Positions 57,433 to 64,000 of a stretch of 64,000 nt of DNA are shown here, piece after piece. A program made the position numbers and the translations under genes. The notes beneath the pieces were generated by a model, which saw only the letters and a list, made by a program, of their open reading frames with translations, did no database searches and had not been told where the DNA came from. This DNA is from the human T2T-CHM13v2.0 reference genome, Homo sapiens. The stretch is taken from assembly GCF_009914755.1 (NCBI RefSeq), contig NC_060937.1; one strand, 5' to 3'. Each line of letters opens with the position of its first letter. Positions within the stretch are counted from its first letter, which is position 1.

Positions 57433-59149
57433 TAGATATTACAAAAGACAACAAGTAAAGCTTTGAGATTATTCATTAAAAATAACATTTGTAGCAGCAA
57501 GATTCTCTGTATTCTAATTCTGGTCTTGCCCGGTTCTCTCATTTATTCTCCCCACTATGATCTGAGAGATTTTCCAATTTAAAAATATTTTTGTATTCCA
57601 CTTGCCTAGCAACTCAGTACTAGGAGGAATGGATCCCTCATACATAACTTTGATACAGGCAAACACAACTAATGGCAATCTACAGTAACCTTAGCATTAT
57701 TGCATGATTAAGAAGTTTATTTTTCTGAAATTCTTTACATCTTGAGTGCACTAGTAGATGTTAAAACATCTTTTAAGGGTAATTCAGATTTCTTTATTTT
57801 TAAACATGTATTATCTGAACAGATATTCTCAGATTTGGGTGCTATCGTGGCTAAGGCCACGAGCATTTACAGCTACGGCTGTTCCATTAAATATTTGTCA
57901 GAGAAAAAGATAGAGGATCACTTTCCTTCATATGCCTAGTAACTTCATCACTACACTTAAGAAAAAATGTCACTTCAACATCAACACAAATTTCATTTTT
58001 TGATTGAAACTCTGATAGTGTTATTCAGACATTGGCATTAACACTTCAAGACTAGTGCACATATCAGAGATATGAATACAATTTTCTTATTTGAAAAGTA
58101 AGGGGATTTTGGAATTGACCTATTGCAAAAATATTTAATTTGCAGATTACTTGGTGTACTTTCAGCATTATTGTTACCTAGGTTTATTTTTCTTCAAAGC
58201 ATAGTTTGAATTTGTCCAGACTGAATTCTTATTTTATACCTATTTCAGACAGGACAGTTATGTTAACCATCTATTCAATTTGTTACCACACGTCAAAGTC
58301 TGCACTAGTAAGGCACACCAAGAAACAACTAAATTCAAAATGGAAAATGGGAAAATCACATTAATAAAAAAATCCTCGGGCAGATAGCTGGTTATACTAA
58401 GCTATCTGCTTTTAAAACAGGGAGTGGCATTTTCATAGCTATGAGACTTCATTTATTTTATGTTCCATGTTATTTTGTATATTTTGTAAATGATCTTAAT
58501 ATTACATGCAAACAATATTTAATTTTAATAAGCATGATGCTTTCCTTTAGAGTGACCTTCTAGAAGATCTTAGATCATTTACACAGAAAAGCCTGTTGCC
58601 ATAAAACACCTCTGTGAAGAATTTTCTTTGTAATGGATTTGCTTACCAATATCTTCAACAACAAAAGCATTTTGTTATTTTAGCTTTTGTCCAAACTTTT
58701 GCCATTTTTTACCTGTTTCATATTAGTGATGTAAGGGTGAGATTGGTAAGAGATATTTTGTACCCAATATATGACAAAGTTAGTGATAATGCCATTTTTA
58801 TCTGCCGTTTTTATCTGCTGAAAATAATTTTACCATTTTTACCTTCATCCCCAAAGATCTAAAAACTCTAAATTTATATCTTTATCTAACTGTGTAAATA
58901 GAATGATTTAACGTGAAGAAGTAAAAGATTTAAAAACATATTTTCCCATTCCCTCCCTCACTTGTAAGGCAATTTTGTGAAAAACACAATTTCCCTTGAG
59001 TGTTAGTGACCTGGAATGAAATATAAAAAATTGGAAGGTGCTGAGTTTTCCTCAGTACTGGAAATGAGGACGGTGCAGGTGGGTGGAGTTCCAAGATAGT
59101 CCTTCTTCTGAAGTTGATCAGTTACACTTTTGGGAATGGTCAACAGTAA

Positions 59150-59492
<343 letters not shown>

Positions 59493-59568
59493 TAAAACCT
59501 TTTACTATCACCAGTAAACTGGAGGCTATACTCCTAGCCTCAGAAATACAACTCTAAAGATTAAATAG

Positions 59569-59837
59569 GGCTGGGCGTGGTTGCTCACACCTGTAATCCC
59601 ATCACTTTGGGAGGCTGAGGCAGAAGGATCACTTGAGGTCAGGAGTTTAAGACCAGCCTGGCTGACAAGGTGAAACCCTGTCTCTACTAAAAATACAAAA
59701 ATTAGCCCGGCATTGTGGCAGGCACCTGTAATCCCAGCTACTTAGGAGGCTGAGGCAGGAGAATCGCTTGAACCTGGGATTTGCAGTGAGCCAAGATCGC
59801 ACCACTACATTCCAGCCTGGGTGATAGAGCAAGACTG

Positions 59838-59868
<31 letters not shown>
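59569..59868 (+). mobile_element. AluSz-like element
   Basis: Full dimer with a small right-arm deletion; A27 tail. Confidence 0.92.
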
Positions 59869-59873
<5 letters not shown>

Positions 59874-60382
59874 AAGTTAAAATGTGGAAATGCTATTTTA
59901 TTTTGAAATTTTGATCTCAATTATGAAATTTGTGATAGTTTTGAATAGTACATGTGCAAAATACAACTCAAACTGCTGTAAAAGATTGTATTAACTTTAT
60001 GTTCCTTTGAAGGCCTGGTATATGACTAATTAAGTTAACTGAAGCCGGGCATATGCATTTTTGTAGGAAGAATTCCCTTTGGTTTTCTAGGGAGAAGGGT
60101 AGTTATTGGCTTTCTGTTACCATTTTTTAAGTATGAGAAGAAAAACTGTGAAGTGGTGCAGTCAAGCATGAGTCTATTGCATTTTCTCTCCAGCTGTATA
60201 CTGTCTTACTGGTATTTGTCAAGGTAATGTTTGGATGTATTCATTCACAAAAGAAATTCGTTCACAATAACAAATAAGATGCAATCTCTATTCTCACAAA
60301 GATTTCAATTAGTAAAAAAGATATGACAGTTAAACATCAGCTGTGAATATATCATCAATGCACCTTTAGAACTGTATTTAGT

Positions 60383-60684
60383 TTCTTTTTGTGTATGTTG
60401 TGTGTTTTTGAGACGGAGTCTTTCTCTTTCACCCAGGCTGGAGTGCAGTGGTGTGATTTCAGTTCACTGCACCCTCTGCCTTCCAGTTTCAAACAATTCT
60501 CATGCATCTGCCTCCTGAGTAGCTGGGATTACAGGTGTGTGCTACCATGCCTGGCTAATTTTTTTTGTAGAAATGAGGTTTTGCCATGTTGGCCAGGCTG
60601 GTCTTGAACTCCTGGCCTCAAGTGATCCTCCCACCAGGGCCTCCCAAAGTGTGAGATTACAGATCTGAGCCACCACCTTCAGCC
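60383..60684 (-). mobile_element. Older Alu (Sz/J-like)
   Basis: Antisense dimer; degenerate TSD tagaactgtatttagt/tagagctgtttttaat. Confidence 0.9.
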
Positions 60685-62041
60685 TAGAGCTGTTTTTAAT
60701 GTTTTAGTTGTTGTTTTCTCTTTGGTATTAAATATAGTAAATTGAACAGTATGCACTCAATAAGCAAAGCCTGAATGAATGATACAGTGGAGATGAATAT
60801 TACAAGCTATTGTAGGAAAACTGCTTTATGAGGCTTGAACTATTGCTTGATGAATGTCAATATAAATGAATAAGTGGTAATGACACCAAATCTCAGATCT
60901 TCGTATCATAAAAATGCTTGCAGGTTACTGCCTAATCACACACCATTAACATTTCCTTTCCTTACCTTTGCCTGTGTTGTATTACATATAGTAACTGGAA
61001 TTAATTTTTATAGTGTATTTTTTCAAGATACCGAAATAAGTCCTCTACCAAAGGCCAACAAGAATTTACTATCTACTTTTAAATGTTAACTCTACAATTC
61101 TATTAAGGAAAGTCAACAAATAGTTAATAAACCTGTGCAGTATGGTGCTTATATATGATTCATCTCATTAGTGTTTTTAGGCAGGTTCACTTTTAAGACC
61201 ACTTTAGTAATACTCTCCTTAAATTGCTCCTTCTCTGTTAGAATCACTAAAACCATCTTTCAAGTCAAGGCTGATTGGTTTCTTAGAAAATTAATTTGAT
61301 TAAAACAAACTCAGAAATACATACAAAAGATGAATAGGAAATATCTTGATGAAATGCACAGGAATATCTGCAAGGTCAATGTTTCATGGACATTTATTTA
61401 GGAGAAGTCATTAAAAATGTATTTTTTCCTAGTCCGTTGTGACAGTATTTGGTTCTTAGGTGCATGAGTTTTAGCAGGAGGATTGCATTATTCACCTTCT
61501 GAGCCTTGACAGAAACTGCTTATTTTCCGTAATGTGGTCAATACATGTGTAGTTTCTGAACTGTAAAATCCACAGAGAATTAATACTTTGCAGTTATTGC
61601 TAGATGGGATAAGCAAGCCTATTATGTCAGCAAAATTGATGATTCCTTAATATGGGCTAAAGTCTCCACCTACTTAATTTTCTCTAAAACCAAGACATTA
61701 GTGGTTTGCTTTAAAGATTCAAAGATACAAAGAAACAGAAAAAAAAAACCAGCTTGTCAATCATCTCTATCTAATATTCTGTTAAATGGAAAAAATATAT
61801 GAAAAATTAACTCAGAGTCACTTCCATATATGATTGAAAAAATAGTAAATTTTCCATTTACTAGGGATTTGTTTAGATGTTTTACTCTTTTAGAAGGCAA
61901 CTACTGTACATAGTACATTGAATGTATCATGACTTTACCCAAAAGAGTTTAATTTTTTATAAGATATATTTTATATGATTAGTTTATTATATTTTGTTGG
62001 AAATTCATATTGTTTTCTTAAACATGAAAACTTATATTTCA

Positions 62042-62387
<346 letters not shown>

Positions 62388-62475
62388 AAAGACCTTCTTG
62401 TTTTTCATCACCAAAAACTGTTTAGCATTTTGTTTCTTTGCATTTAGTATGTTATTTCATTGTTTGTGAACTAAA

Positions 62476-63479
62476 TGTGGTAGGCAGGATTTTGGCTTCC
62501 ATATTCTTTATCCTCTGCTGTTATTTCTGTGTATGATACATTACATGGCAAAGGGATTTTAAGAAATTATGGTGATATCTTAGAATGATTATCCTGGATT
62601 ATCTGGTGGGCCCAGTGTAATCATATGGGCTTGTAAAATAGAAGAAGAAAGCAGCAGTATGCTTTCAGAGTATCAAAAATAGGGGTGTATTAGTCTGTTC
62701 TCACACTTCTTATAAAGACATACACAAGACTGGATAATTTAGAAAGGAACGAGGTTTAATTGACTCACAGTTTTGCATAGCTGGGAAGGACTCAGGAAAC
62801 TTATGATCATGGTGGAAGGTGAGAGAGAAGCAACGCATCTTCTTCACAAGGCAGCAGGAAGGAGAAGTGCTAAGCGAAGGGGGAAGATCCCCTTATAAAA
62901 CCTTCAGATCTGGTGAGAACTCACTCACTATCACGAGAATAGCATGGAGGAAAATGCCCCCATGATTCAATTACTTACACTTGGTCTCTCCCTAAACAAG
63001 TAGGGATTACAATTCAAGATGAGGTTTGGGTGGGGACAAAAATCCTAACCATATCAATGGATGTCAGAAAGATGTAATGGAAGAAATAGCAGCAGGGTCT
63101 CAAAGAATAAGAGAGACTCAATCTGCCATTGCTGGCTTTGAAGATAAAGGAAGGAGCTTGGGACAGGAATGCAGATGACCTCTAGAAGTGGAGAATGGCC
63201 CCCAGGTGACAGCCAGCAAGAAAACGGTGACCGCAGTCCTACAATCACAAGGAGCTTCCTTCTGCCAACAATCTGAATGAACAAGAAAGAAATCCTCCCC
63301 TAGGTTCTCCAGAGAGGAACACAGCCCTGCCGACACTGAGTTCAGCCTTGCGACACTCTAGGCAAAGCACCTAGCAGAGGCCTCTGTACTTCTGACCCAC
63401 CAAATCTATGAGATGATCATGTGTTTTAAGAGGCTAAATTTTTGGTAATTTGTTACAGCAGCAGTAGAATACTGTTACA
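62476..63479 (+). mobile_element. MLT1E-like MaLR LTR, split by a THE1D LTR
   Basis: tgtggtaggcag...gattatcctggattatctggtgggccc...ttgctggctttgaagat...acagccagcaagaaaac...ggtaatttgttacagcagcagtaga. Confidence 0.85.
62686..63056 (-). mobile_element. THE1D-like solo LTR
   Basis: tgtattagtctgttctcac...ctcaggaaactta...ggggacaaaaatcctaaccatatca; 371 bp. Confidence 0.92.
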
Positions 63480-64000
63480 GTGGCTTTCAATTTTTTTAAG
63501 ACCCTAGATTGCAAACTTTTAGCAAAAAGTTTATCCTCTGTGAAACAGAATATTATATAATTTTTAAAATGTGAAAATCGATAGATTGTTTCAGGATATT
63601 ACAAATATCTGTAAACAACCTTCATCTTCCAAAAACATTACTAATTTTAACCAAGCTTTTTATACTCTTTTTATGATATCAGTGACACTCCCCTCAATTA
63701 AATAGAATTATTTTGAGTCAAACTACTGCTTGTTGTGACGTTTGAAAATTATAATATAGATCAGATAATTTATTTTTCATTCGTTGGATTCCACTTCCCT
63801 TTACTGAAAATATTTGAGGTGGGAGTAAATCCACTAAATGCCACATGCCAAATATGTGACCACAACCTTGACCTTGATATATTTCTGTCCTATTTTTCTG
63901 TAGAGTATCTTTTTTTGTGTTGAGGCCAATTGTATTGGGAGACAGAGAAACTAAAAAGCAGAAACATTGTTTGAGTACTGTGGGCTCAAGTAATTACTCT

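Overview
AT-rich, CpG-poor primate genomic DNA, very likely human because it holds a near-consensus AluYb9. It looks intergenic or deep-intronic. I can support no protein-coding gene, RNA gene or CRISPR array: the listed ORFs are chance ORFs or decayed Alu/L1/MaLR frames. Much of the window is transposon-derived: Alus, L1 remnants, THE1/MST/MLT1 LTR elements (two proviral-length), L2/MIR fragments and DNA transposons (MER63B, MER102, MER1B, Tigger3). Repeat subfamilies were called from remembered consensus sequences and need RepeatMasker/Dfam confirmation. I found no new biological system. The most notable structures are (1) a ~0.9 kb copy of downstream local DNA (30719-31619) that replaces part of a THE1 provirus (27166-28061), (2) a twin-priming-type inverted L1, (3) a young AluYb9, (4) a 38-bp micro-L1 with TSDs, (5) an AT-rich fold-back palindrome and (6) a closely spaced inverted Alu pair.
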